DNA from: a virus
Taxonomy: Duplodnaviria; Heunggongvirae; Uroviricota; Caudoviricetes
Reading direction: 5' to 3' (one strand)
Length of the DNA stretch: 64,000 nt
IMG/VR virus record: IMGVR_UViG_3300043427_004512
In this document: piece by piece, positions 55,433 through 64,000 of the stretch
Numbering within the stretch: position 1 is the stretch's first letter
Layout of the letters: every line of letters starts with the position of its first letter
The notes under the pieces: generated by a model
Told to the model about the DNA's origin: nothing
The model's input: the letters and a program-made list of their open reading frames with translations, nothing else
Databases searched by the model: none
Position numbers and translations under genes: made by a program

Positions 55433-56185
55433 TTATTTGACCTTATTTACAACTTTTTCATACTCATACTCCAAAATAGCCTTAATCACTGTTTCACTTA
55501 TATTCATTTTTTGAGAGACATTTTTTATAGCATCTCTCACACTTTCATTTTTGTAAATGTGTAATGCATTTATATCCCCTTTATTACAATATGGAAATTT
55601 AGTACACTTTTTCTTAACTGAAACAAAAGCACCTCCAGGAATTTGAGTTTTCGATTTACCTCTCCAATCTTTTTTATTTGTAGATTTAGCCCACATTGCA
55701 GGACTTTCATATGCACCCACAGAACCTGATGTTGTTGCTTCTTTAGCCTCAACTTTTTTTGGTACTTCAGACTCACTTTTTTTCATAAAATCATCTTCAC
55801 CACCAAACAAAGGTGCTGAATATGCACCTGATGAACCTGAACCCGTCGCTTCTTTATTTTCTACTTTTTTTAACTTTGTATAGTAATTAGGGTCTTCAGC
55901 CAAATGGTCCGTGGCAATTTCTGATGCAAGACTTTTATCTTTTGTATGTTCCATTTCAACTTTTACACCCTTGAGAAATTCTTTAGTCAATTTTTCAACA
56001 TCAACTTTGTGTTTAACTGCAATGTCTCCTAAACTCATATTATCTGAAAGACCTCCACTTAAAACATCTTCTTCTCCTAAACTAGTTTTATATTTCGAAA
56101 CATCTTGCATAATTCCAGAAACATTTGGCTCGGAAGATAATGCCTTGTCGAAAGATTTTTTAAATACTTCAGTACTATTTCTCAT
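55433..56185 (-). CDS. hypothetical protein
   Basis: 250 aa. Confidence 0.45.
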   Translation of the reverse strand: MRNSTEVFKKSFDKALSSEPNVSGIMQDVSKYKTSLGEEDVLSGGLSDNMSLGDIAVKHKVDVEKLTKEFLKGVKVEMEHTKDKSLASEIATDHLAEDPNYYTKLKKVENKEATGSGSSGAYSAPLFGGEDDFMKKSESEVPKKVEAKEATTSGSVGAYESPAMWAKSTNKKDWRGKSKTQIPGGAFVSVKKKCTKFPYCNKGDINALHIYKNESVRDAIKNVSQKMNISETVIKAILEYEYEKVVNKVK

Positions 56186-56188
56186 ATG

Positions 56189-56599
56189 TTATTTTGTTAT
56201 TATAAATGCCCCTATTACCAATAATCCTATAGTGGTTAAGGAACCGAATAATCTAGATTTTATTTTTTCTATTTTGAGTTGTTTTTCAACTTTACCGTTA
56301 TGATTTTCCAATAATTTGAATTTGTCTTTTTCTAATCCAAGGATATATCCATCATACTCAATCTTTGTATTTAAATTACTTATCACACTATCTTTCAGAA
56401 CAACAATTTGTCTAGTTTTTTCCAACTCTTTATTAACAAGCTCAAGTTGAGCCTTAGCCGAATCACCGCTAAGTAAATCCTTAACTATGAGTTTCACTAC
56501 AGGTATTGGAAAACTTTTAGTAGGGATAGTTGTATCTTTCTGTGAAAAAGCTGTCAAGCTGCTTATCACTATAATTGTTGACATTATTAATTTTTTCAT
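56189..56599 (-). CDS. secreted/lipoprotein-like protein (signal peptide ..TAFSQ)
   Basis: MKKLIMSTIIVISSLTAFSQ. Confidence 0.4.
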   Translation of the reverse strand: MKKLIMSTIIVISSLTAFSQKDTTIPTKSFPIPVVKLIVKDLLSGDSAKAQLELVNKELEKTRQIVVLKDSVISNLNTKIEYDGYILGLEKDKFKLLENHNGKVEKQLKIEKIKSRLFGSLTTIGLLVIGAFIITK

Positions 56600-56870
56600 A
56601 ATAAACTTCTCTTATTATTGTTTTGTCCCCTTGGATTCCGTTTATTTCAGTCTCAACATTCAGAATTTGACTATTGAAACCATTTATATTTGAATCTAAC
56701 TTTTTTTGGAATGTTTGAATCTCTTTAATCGATGTTTCCAAGTTTTTGATTTCTTTTTTGTAAGAATCATCTATCTTGGTTCCTCTTAACAAAATTACAT
56801 AGATGAGTATTCCCCATGTAATTACATAAAATATTGTTTTAGCATTTTTCTTCAAGAATGAAATTACCAT
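56517..56870 (-). CDS. single-pass membrane protein with coiled coil
   Basis: TM YVITWGILIYVILL; overlaps the next ORF by 83 nt. Confidence 0.3.
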   Translation of the reverse strand: MVISFLKKNAKTIFYVITWGILIYVILLRGTKIDDSYKKEIKNLETSIKEIQTFQKKLDSNINGFNSQILNVETEINGIQGDKTIIREVYYEKINNVNNYSDKQLDSFFTERYNYPY

Positions 56871-56876
56871 ATAATA

Positions 56877-57443
56877 TTAATTTACCGATTTTGTTCTCTT
56901 TCTTTGTGCCAATATTTTGGACCATTTTGATTTGAATTTTTCGTAGAATTGTTGTAATTTATTTACCATCTCCAAAAAATCTTCATCTACCTTGATTGCT
57001 GTGCCATTAACATAAATTCCAGATGATTCACCAATTGTAAGAATAAATTCAATATCCTCATCAATAATTTTACCTGACCATTCCACACTATTTGAATAAA
57101 CATTTAGCTCATTAAAATCTGCTAAGTCAGAGACTTCATCAACAAACTCCTCCATGGTTTCTTGGAAAGCAAGTTTCTCATCCGTAGTTATTTCCACATC
57201 ACTTTTATCTTTTCCGTGAAGGGCAATTATTCCACCCGAAATTCTGTATTTTTGTACAACATCATCTGGTGATTCCTCGACATCAGTTTCAGAAGAATCA
57301 TATTTTTCTTCATCTTGGTCAATTTTATCTTCAATACTTTGAGCAACATTGTCTCTTTGTATTGATACTTGTTCATTAAGAAGTCTCATGGTGTTTAACA
57401 TGGATTTCATTTGGTCGTATTTTTCGTCAATATATCTGCTCAT
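56877..57443 (-). CDS. acidic hypothetical protein
   Basis: 188 aa. Confidence 0.4.
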   Translation of the reverse strand: MSRYIDEKYDQMKSMLNTMRLLNEQVSIQRDNVAQSIEDKIDQDEEKYDSSETDVEESPDDVVQKYRISGGIIALHGKDKSDVEITTDEKLAFQETMEEFVDEVSDLADFNELNVYSNSVEWSGKIIDEDIEFILTIGESSGIYVNGTAIKVDEDFLEMVNKLQQFYEKFKSKWSKILAQRKRTKSVN

Positions 57444-58032
57444 GTCCTATTTTTTTTAAAAAAAATTCAAAGTCGAATGAAGGGCTCAAATCAGTAAATC
57501 TTGTTTCGTAATTACTCCTTGAGGTTATACCTTCAAAATTTATTATTCCGTCTATTTTAGTGTTGTGTCCTGAACATTTTTTATCGATTCCAAATTCTTC
57601 GCAAATCTTGTTTGTCAATTGACTTAATGAATCCATTTGATGTTCAGTGTACATGTCCCAAAAAAAGTAGTCTCTCCACTTTTTTTCATAGACTTCACCT
57701 TTATAAATAGTCCCATTCCAATTAATGTAGTCTTTGGAAAGTGGTTTTCTTTCCAACCAACCTAAGTTTTCAAGGGTGATTATTATACTATTTTTGTTAA
57801 TTTTTGGGTCTTCAAAAAAACGACTATACTTTATGTCTTCTATTAGTTGAATAACGTTCCCATCTTTTTTTAAAAGGTAATGAGGAATCTTGTTATACTT
57901 TTTATTGTATCTAAATTTAAGGGAGGTCAAATATTCATTTGCCTCCCTAGATGTATGACACAAAATTATCTGTGTTTTTTTCTTGTGAATCCCCTCGGTT
58001 TTAAATTCTTTGAGTAAGGACGTTTGGACCAT
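57427..58032 (-). CDS. possible N-acetylmuramoyl-L-alanine amidase (amidase_2-like) endolysin
   Basis: IILCHTS, ITLENLGW, CSGHNTKIDG are candidate zinc-ligand positions; weak. Confidence 0.3.
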   Translation of the reverse strand: MVQTSLLKEFKTEGIHKKKTQIILCHTSREANEYLTSLKFRYNKKYNKIPHYLLKKDGNVIQLIEDIKYSRFFEDPKINKNSIIITLENLGWLERKPLSKDYINWNGTIYKGEVYEKKWRDYFFWDMYTEHQMDSLSQLTNKICEEFGIDKKCSGHNTKIDGIINFEGITSRSNYETRFTDLSPSFDFEFFLKKIGHEQIY

Positions 58033-58906
58033 TTCTGTTTATATAAGATAGTCTATTTATTTTTTTCTCTTCGATATTAGTAGGGTCAAGATTTTCTTTT
58101 TCATCAATCAGGACCTCTATTTCTGTAGGAACAATGTCTGTTTCCACTTCTTCAATTCCAATTGTTGTTTCAGGTTCTTCTGTTCCTATAGGTTCCTCGG
58201 GTTTTTCTTCAGGTAAAATTTCTTCAATTTCGATTTCAACTTTTTGTTCATCTTCATTGTTTGTGAATTTTTGCTCATCAACTTTTTTCAAATATTCCTC
58301 AATAATTTTCAGTTGTTCATCGGATGGAGTAAATTTTTCTTTTTCTATGCTTGCTTCAAGTTTACCGGCCTCCAAACTCAATTCATCAATATTCATTACT
58401 GGTTGAGTATTCGTATCTGCGATTGTGGTACTCTTTTTCAATCTTTCTTCCTCTTCGAACTTCACTAACATGTGTAGGAAAGATAAAGAAATTATCGGGA
58501 GCATTCCCCCTGAAAATAAAGCCAAAAATCTTTTATGACCAACGAAATCACCTGACTCTACACCCATAAAACTTACTATTGGGTCAACCAAATCAACCCA
58601 ATCTAAAAATCCTTTTGAGTTAATGTCAATAAATTGGTATGCAAAAAAAATGTTTCCAATAAATTGTATTAAAGTCACAATTAAAAAAGGGAAGTAGACC
58701 TTTCTACCCATTTGGGCTGAAATTGCCGCTAATGCTGAAAGAGCGGCAATTTCAATTCCAAATGATAGGTACAAAGCCCAACTAAAAGGGTTTGATAGCC
58801 CATACCAAGATGCTACGTGTGAAATAGACACGAATGCAACAGTTAGGATAGGGACCAAAAAAGCCACATAAATTAAAGTCTTAAAATTTCTTTGTACCCA
58901 GTTCAT
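58001..58906 (-). CDS. multi-pass membrane protein with acidic C-terminal tail (holin-like candidate)
   Basis: about 4 TM helices then E-rich tail. Confidence 0.4.
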   Translation of the reverse strand: MNWVQRNFKTLIYVAFLVPILTVAFVSISHVASWYGLSNPFSWALYLSFGIEIAALSALAAISAQMGRKVYFPFLIVTLIQFIGNIFFAYQFIDINSKGFLDWVDLVDPIVSFMGVESGDFVGHKRFLALFSGGMLPIISLSFLHMLVKFEEEERLKKSTTIADTNTQPVMNIDELSLEAGKLEASIEKEKFTPSDEQLKIIEEYLKKVDEQKFTNNEDEQKVEIEIEEILPEEKPEEPIGTEEPETTIGIEEVETDIVPTEIEVLIDEKENLDPTNIEEKKINRLSYINRNGPNVLTQRI

Positions 58907-58908
58907 CT

Positions 58909-59193
58909 TTACTTTTTTAGAGATTTAATCTCTTCTTCAATTTCTGTTTGTCTTCTTACATCCAATAATTTTCTATCGGTAGCTTGAATCATTCTTTTTT
59001 CAGCTTCTAACCCACTTATCTTTAATTCTTTTTCGAGTTCAGACTTAGTGAAAGTAGAATCTTTGATGGAGGTGATTTCTTTTTTGATTTTTGATAATTC
59101 TCTTGAATCACTACAACCTTTGAAAAAAGATAAAATCGCAATTACTAACACAATAATAGTAAAATTATCTTTGATAAATTTTTTCATATACAA
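58909..59193 (-). CDS. membrane-anchored coiled-coil protein (spanin-like candidate)
   Basis: N-terminal TM IIVLVIAILSFFKGC then coiled coil. Confidence 0.35.
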   Translation of the reverse strand: MYMKKFIKDNFTIIVLVIAILSFFKGCSDSRELSKIKKEITSIKDSTFTKSELEKELKISGLEAEKRMIQATDRKLLDVRRQTEIEEEIKSLKK

Positions 59194-59204
59194 ACTTTTG
59201 TTTA

Positions 59205-59612
59205 TTAATCTTTGTGAAACCTGTATACAGGTACTTTGAATCCAATAGTTCTCAATCTGTCGTTGAATGATGAACTAAATGCCAACCTTACTTGATTTGA
59301 TATTTTCAAATCTAAACCAAATGTTGGTAAAAATGTGTGGTTTTGTAAGTAAGCACCGTTGAGTTGAACACCGAGTTTGTCTTTCCACAAAGAATGTCTA
59401 ACACCAACTGTAGAAACATCATATCCTGCAAGTACTTTAGAATACGTTCCTACTACTGATACGTTTTTGGTTATGCTTCCACTTACCTCCAATTGAGAAA
59501 AACCGTAGTTTTTACCTCTGTAGGTTAAGTTTCCACCTTGAACTGATACTAATTGTGCTTTGGTCGCCATCATCGATAGTACTAAAGCTAGAGACATAAT
59601 TAATCTTTTCAT
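59205..59612 (-). CDS. outer-membrane beta-barrel-like protein with signal peptide (MKRLIMSLALVLSMMATKAQ)
   Basis: internal Met start; alternating beta-strand pattern. Confidence 0.45.
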   Translation of the reverse strand: MKRLIMSLALVLSMMATKAQLVSVQGGNLTYRGKNYGFSQLEVSGSITKNVSVVGTYSKVLAGYDVSTVGVRHSLWKDKLGVQLNGAYLQNHTFLPTFGLDLKISNQVRLAFSSSFNDRLRTIGFKVPVYRFHKD

Positions 59613-59652
59613 AGTTAATTTATTTGTATAATAAATATAAAAAAAAATGGGA

Positions 59653-60450
59653 TTATAAATAATCGAACAATGAAACCGACTCATTTCTGAGTTTTCTGAG
59701 TGCTTTTTCTTTGATTTGTCTCACTCTTTCCTTCGTCAAATCGAAATCATTACCAATATCCTCTAATGTTCTGGTATTACCTGTAAGTCCGAAATAATCT
59801 TCAATAATAATTCTTTCTCTATCGTCAAGAATATCTAACATGGCAATTAACTTATCTTTCAAGGTGTCCTCAGTTGAAAATATTTCATCAGGACTCTCTA
59901 CGTTAGGGTTCTTGATTACGTCCATTAATGTGTCTCCTTCCTCGTTCAATGGAGTGTCTAAATCTACAGTATAAGGAAGATTAGCAAACTTATCAGAAAG
60001 TTCTTCTCCTGTTATTTCTTGTTCTTTTTTTGCCTTGTGTAGCTCTTGTACTACATTGACAGGAAAACGTATGGTTCGAGAATTTTCATTCAAGGATTGT
60101 AAAATTGATTGTCTAATCCACCATACGGCATATGAAATAAATCTTAGATTTTTTGACCAATCGAAATTTTCAATTGCCTTTAAAAGACCATAATTACCTT
60201 CAGCAATAAGGTCTGGCAAGTCTAACCCTTGATTCTGATATTGTTTTGAGACAGTAATCACAAACCTTAAATTACCTTCTAAAATTTCTTGTTTAATCTC
60301 TTCCTTTTCGAATTTAGAAAGTTCATTACTCAACATTCTTTTGGCCAACTCCTTTTCTCTTTCTACAGTCATTACTTTCAGCTTTCTAATATCTTTAAGG
60401 TAAACTGAAATTTCTTCTTGATTGATAGGGATAATTGATTTCTCTTTCAT
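59653..60450 (-). CDS. RNA polymerase sigma-70 family factor
   Basis: region 2 DLIAEGNYGLLKAIENFDWSKNLRFISYAVWWIRQSI; region 4 TLEDIGNDFDLTKERVRQIKEKALRKLR. Confidence 0.85.
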   Translation of the reverse strand: MKEKSIIPINQEEISVYLKDIRKLKVMTVEREKELAKRMLSNELSKFEKEEIKQEILEGNLRFVITVSKQYQNQGLDLPDLIAEGNYGLLKAIENFDWSKNLRFISYAVWWIRQSILQSLNENSRTIRFPVNVVQELHKAKKEQEITGEELSDKFANLPYTVDLDTPLNEEGDTLMDVIKNPNVESPDEIFSTEDTLKDKLIAMLDILDDRERIIIEDYFGLTGNTRTLEDIGNDFDLTKERVRQIKEKALRKLRNESVSLFDYL

Positions 60451-60462
60451 ATTTTGTTTTAA

Positions 60463-60960
60463 TTATTTTGAATAATCGTTTAATGTATCTCTCTCATAAT
60501 CAGATAAGGAACTCAAACCTTTAGATTTTATTTTTTCTAATAAAAAATCCAAGGATGGTTTTTTTACTTTGGACTTTATTTCCTCCAAAAGTAATGCCAC
60601 ATTTTCATGGTAGTCATCTTCAACCGAATCGTCTCTATCAATTTCTTCATTATTTATTTGGTTGTCATTCTTCTCCAAATTGAAAAGATGGTCGCTATAC
60701 ATTTTGGGCATGTTTACTGACACTTTGTCGGTTAATTCTACGAGCACATAAATTTTAATTATACCGTAGGTAATAACACCGATAAATTCATGAATCTCAA
60801 TATGGTCTACTTCGGATTCAAAGTGTATCAACATAGAACCCTGAGCATAATGATATTTGAGATTAGGAGAATCCACTATAGGGGTTAATTCATTTGCAAT
60901 GAGATTACATACTTCTGAGTTAAAATCCCCCAAAATCGTCAACAAATACTTTTTCTTCAT
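60463..60960 (-). CDS. hypothetical protein
   Basis: 165 aa. Confidence 0.4.
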   Translation of the reverse strand: MKKKYLLTILGDFNSEVCNLIANELTPIVDSPNLKYHYAQGSMLIHFESEVDHIEIHEFIGVITYGIIKIYVLVELTDKVSVNMPKMYSDHLFNLEKNDNQINNEEIDRDDSVEDDYHENVALLLEEIKSKVKKPSLDFLLEKIKSKGLSSLSDYERDTLNDYSK

Positions 60961-60986
60961 GTTTATTTTTTTTTTTCAAAGTTAAG

Positions 60987-61514
60987 CTAAACTCTTTTAG
61001 AATGTGAAATTATTTGGTAAAAATCTTTTTTTCCTTGACAATATTCTTTAACTAAACCTAACATGTTTTTAAACATGTATGCGTCAGGGGATTGTTTTTC
61101 ACATTTAATGAACAATTCTATTAGAGCACATAAAAAATCTGTTCTATATTCTCCAATCATCCCCAATGCAGAATATTTAAATTCGAACTTTTGTAAGTAT
61201 CTTAGCTCGTAATTGTTTCTTTCTTCAATAGAAGTAAAGGGATTTATAATATCGTAATGCTCAATCCAATCATTTACAAAATTAAGTACTTGTGGTTTAA
61301 CACTCTCACTCTTAATCAATAAGTCTACAATCCAATGAGTGTGTGAAGGTGCTCTTAACCTTTTTCCTGGTGATAGATATTTTATGACAAAATCAAGTTC
61401 AGGATTTGCACCTCTACTTCCTTGATATATTGCTATAGTTGTTCCATCACTCATAATCCAATGTTTCAAAGGACTATGTTGTAATCCTTCTTTTTTGAAA
61501 ATTAATTTACTCAT
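60987..61514 (-). CDS. hypothetical protein
   Basis: 175 aa. Confidence 0.4.
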   Translation of the reverse strand: MSKLIFKKEGLQHSPLKHWIMSDGTTIAIYQGSRGANPELDFVIKYLSPGKRLRAPSHTHWIVDLLIKSESVKPQVLNFVNDWIEHYDIINPFTSIEERNNYELRYLQKFEFKYSALGMIGEYRTDFLCALIELFIKCEKQSPDAYMFKNMLGLVKEYCQGKKDFYQIISHSKRV

Positions 61515-61993
61515 AGATAAACTCTCCCTTTTTTTCCTGAGTGTTGTTCATACCACTTGCCATCTTTATCCATCCAAACATATGGGTCTAACGGATTTTC
61601 AGTCCATCCATATTGTGAATAAAAGTCGGGGTCTTTCTTCAGTAAATTAGCTCTATGTGAAGAGTGAAATTTTTCATTACCAAACCAATTTGGAAAACTA
61701 ATGTTGTCTTCATTATAAGTTTCAAATTGCATGGTATTTTTGAAACCACGACTAACCCATTCAGTTATTGAATAATTTAAATAAACCTTAAGTGCTGGCA
61801 GATAATCTTTCCACATTATTGTACAGGGATGATTTAACCATCCCTTATAAGGTGTTCCGTCCAATTTGGGTCTTTGTGTTATTGCTGATATAATCTGATA
61901 TGTCTCTACTCTCTGTTTGCCCAATCTCTTATTATCAAGAGACTGTAAAGATTTTCTCATATCAGAGTATGGTAAAAATATTTGCATGAACAA
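61511..61993 (-). CDS. denV: pyrimidine-dimer DNA glycosylase (T4 endonuclease V / DenV-like)
   Basis: LQSLDNKRLGKQRVETYQI and SITEWVSRGF align with T4 EndoV LVSELADQHLMAEYREL and IAECLKRGF. Confidence 0.5.
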   Translation of the reverse strand: MFMQIFLPYSDMRKSLQSLDNKRLGKQRVETYQIISAITQRPKLDGTPYKGWLNHPCTIMWKDYLPALKVYLNYSITEWVSRGFKNTMQFETYNEDNISFPNWFGNEKFHSSHRANLLKKDPDFYSQYGWTENPLDPYVWMDKDGKWYEQHSGKKGRVYL

Positions 61994-62002
61994 ATATACA
62001 AA

Positions 62003-64000
62003 TTATTGCGATACTTTGGAAATATTTTCTGTTTTTGTGATTCTTATTGTGTTATTTGCCCAATTATTTACCAAAGGGTTATGTGTAATAACAAATATTT
62101 TTTCAAAATATTCTCTCATTTTTGTGAAGAATTCACCAACCATTTCCAAGTTTTCATTACTAATTTTTCCGAACACTTCATCCCAAACAATGATATTAGG
62201 TTTAGGTAATGAACAGACTTTACTAAGAACTGCACGTAGAGCCATTGCCGCAATAGTTCTCTCATAGCCAGAACCAGATGTCATAAGTTTTTCTATACCT
62301 GTACTATTATCAATCATTATGAATTCAACTTCATTTTTGTCATTGATTCTAATCTCCAAATTGAAATAACAAGAATCTTGAAGTAGTCTTTGAAGTTCTG
62401 AGTTTATAATCGGCATCATGTTTTTCATGATTAGTTTTGAGATTCCGTTCTTGCCAAATATATCCAAATAAATTTTATAAATTTTTTCTTTCTGTGATTC
62501 TTCTGAGATTTTTAAAATAAATTCATTGTTTCTAATAATTCTCTCTTGTGAGTTTGATACGCTAATTTGGTTTGAAGTAATTATTCTTTCATATCCCCTT
62601 TTTTCATCAATCAATTCGTCTATTCTCAAATTAGCTTTCATAAGTTGAGCATCGACTTCTTTATTTTTCTTAATTTTTTCTTGGACTTCTTCGTATCGTC
62701 TTTTTTTATCTTTGAGTTGATTGATTTTCATTTCGTATGAGTCCAATGTTGCATCATACTTTTCTTTTATCAACTTATTTTTTTCATACTCGTCGAAGTC
62801 CCTCTTCAGTTTTGTGTATGATTTCTCTTTTATTTCAAGGTCTTCCCAGTTTTTGGATAGTTCAAATACCTTATTTTCCCAACTTCCTAACTCGTCAATT
62901 TTTTTCTTTGTTAAAGTTGCCTCCATCAATTTAATACCACAGTGTTCACACTTTATCCCACCTCCAAAGTCCTTAACCAGTTGTTCAATTTCCTCAACTT
63001 TGTTTTGAGATAAAATTAACTCACCATTAACTTTTCTCATAGACTCTTTAATCTCATCATGTTTGTCTTCATGATAAAACTCAGTTGGTTCAACAACTTT
63101 TGTTTCTTTGATTTTGAATTTTATATCTTCAATTTTGAAGTTGAAATCTTTAATATCATTTTCTAACACGACAGGATTCAGGATAATCAACTCTTGCTCC
63201 AAATCATTAAACTTGGATTTGAGAAGATTCTCTTTATATTCTTGTCCCTTCTGAAGTCTTAAATCAACGTCTTTAATGTTATTTTCCGCATCGGAGATTT
63301 CTTTCTTCAAAGACTTTATAGACTCTTCGAGTTCTGAAATTTCCTGTCTCAATAATTCACTATTGTAAAGATTAGAGAGCATAGACTTTGAGAACTGAGA
63401 ATATAATTCTTTTGCAACTTCTTCTTTTCTCTTTAAAAACTCCAAACCCAAAAATCTCGAAAGAACCTGTCCCCTTGCAGTAGGTTTAGAATCCAACAAC
63501 TCTTCCAAGTTCGAAGCTGTTGTTAAAATAGTCATCAAGAAGTCATCCATAGTCCCTATGGATTTTTTTATGAATTCTTCAGTTTCTCTTCTTTGCTCTC
63601 CTGTAAAGTTTTGTAATTGACCGTCAGAAAGTTTTTTGAAAAAATCAAGTTCAGTTTTTACATTCCACTCACCTTGTTTAGATTTTTTTCTTTCTAATTG
63701 ACGAACAATTATATAATCCTCCCCATCAATTTCTATTTCACCTTTAACCGAAACTTTATTCTTATCCGTGAATCTATTGAATATTTCTTCTGCCTTACTA
63801 GTTTTTGTTGTCGTATTGAAAAACAAAAACATCAATAGGTCTACAGATAGTACAGTCTTCCCTCCGAAGTTAGGTGGGTCTGACTCGACAACAGTAATTC
63901 CATTACACTTTTCGAAATCTACCACTTGGTTTTCACCATATGAAAGAAAATTTGAAAATTCAATTTTTTTGATATACCATCTTTTAAATGGGGTTATATC
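62003..64000 (-). CDS. gp46/SbcC/Rad50-like recombination ATPase (5' end beyond the window)
   Basis: reading frame stays open upstream to 64000 (..KIEFSNFLSYGENQVVDFEKCNGITVVESDPPNFGGKT); coiled coil with CEHCGIKL hook; Walker B IIVWDE; the track start is a GTG. Confidence 0.65.
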   Translation of the reverse strand, partial: DITPFKRWYIKKIEFSNFLSYGENQVVDFEKCNGITVVESDPPNFGGKTVLSVDLLMFLFFNTTTKTSKAEEIFNRFTDKNKVSVKGEIEIDGEDYIIVRQLERKKSKQGEWNVKTELDFFKKLSDGQLQNFTGEQRRETEEFIKKSIGTMDDFLMTILTTASNLEELLDSKPTARGQVLSRFLGLEFLKRKEEVAKELYSQFSKSMLSNLYNSELLRQEISELEESIKSLKKEISDAENNIKDVDLRLQKGQEYKENLLKSKFNDLEQELIILNPVVLENDIKDFNFKIEDIKFKIKETKVVEPTEFYHEDKHDEIKESMRKVNGELILSQNKVEEIEQLVKDFGGGIKCEHCGIKLMEATLTKKKIDELGSWENKVFELSKNWEDLEIKEKSYTKLKRDFDEYEKNKLIKEKYDATLDSYEMKINQLKDKKRRYEEVQEKIKKNKEVDAQLMKANLRIDELIDEKRGYERIITSNQISVSNSQERIIRNNEFILKISEESQKEKIYKIYLDIFGKNGISKLIMKNMMPIINSELQRLLQDSCYFNLEIRINDKNEVEFIMIDNSTGIEKLMTSGSGYERTIAAMALRAVLSKVCSLPKPNIIVWDEVFGKISNENLEMVGEFFTKMREYFEKIFVITHNPLVNNWANNTIRITKTENISKVSQ

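Noticed and set aside
1-64000. Eukaryotic giant-virus origin (suggested by DnaJ, Nudix, thioredoxin, tyrosine phosphatase and the MGCGC peptide)
   Set aside because: A sigma-70 factor, a Dam MTase, a gp46/SbcC-like gene, DenV and many rho-independent terminators are present. Together with the Bacteroidetes -7 promoter boxes and signal peptides, they point to a bacteriophage. The MGC motif has no lipidation meaning in bacteria.

Overview
The window is AT-rich (roughly 30% GC) and densely packed with genes. It looks like one contig of a large double-stranded DNA phage. The host is probably in Bacteroidetes (Flavobacteriia-like), for four reasons: a phage-encoded sigma-70 family factor, TAnnTTTG -7 promoter boxes, signal peptides ending AQ/GQ/SQ, and a small histone H1-like protein. 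Nearly all genes are on the minus strand, with short plus-strand islands at 14.6-17.4 kb, 30.2-32.9 kb, 43.3-45.1 kb and 51.5-52.2 kb. Many intergenic sites carry rho-independent terminators: a GC-clamp hairpin of CCCCTC/GAGGGG type followed by a T-run.

Recognisable cargo, in window order:
- HNH endonuclease
- two LamG-domain fibre-like proteins
- a ParB-like nuclease
- a split HldE-type heptose kinase/adenylyltransferase with a HAD phosphatase and a cupin (a nucleotide-heptose module)
- three DNA methyltransferases (two beta-class DPPY/SPPY enzymes and one Dam-like)
- Nudix hydrolase, DUF192 and DUF3310 proteins
- thioredoxin and a glutaredoxin-like protein
- a DnaJ homologue and a separate DnaJ-type zinc-finger repeat protein
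- SPFH/band-7 protein
- dual-specificity phosphatase and pterin-4a-carbinolamine dehydratase
- pyrimidine-dimer glycosylase (DenV-like)
- a gp46/SbcC-like ATPase that runs off the window end
- a putative lysis cassette and a sigma factor
- one tRNA, initiator tRNA-Met-like, inside a 1.4 kb ORF-free stretch

The most striking feature is a set of at least 25 small to medium ORFs. Each starts with one of four conserved 15-25 residue leader peptides:
- family A: MKKVVRLTESELVRLV..EQ
- family B: MK(I/Y)IISERQY..
- family C: MNLQENIxRIKEVMG..
- family D: ..L.KLI.KLVLPKYP

Each leader is followed by unrelated, variable cargo. The leaders are conserved at the protein level through synonymous changes. 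One pair of paralogous cargo carries different leaders. Most leaders end in an (L/I)xE motif. That pattern resembles T4 capsid-targeting sequences cleaved by the prohead protease, so these may be packaged, co-injected proteins. This is inference from sequence only.

There is also a GC- and G-tract-rich accessory island (about 9.0-14.6 kb). It contains the HNH gene bracketed by 22-bp direct repeats, G-quadruplex-type motifs, repeated CCCTATATAA boxes, and two copies of a stem-loop element that covary.
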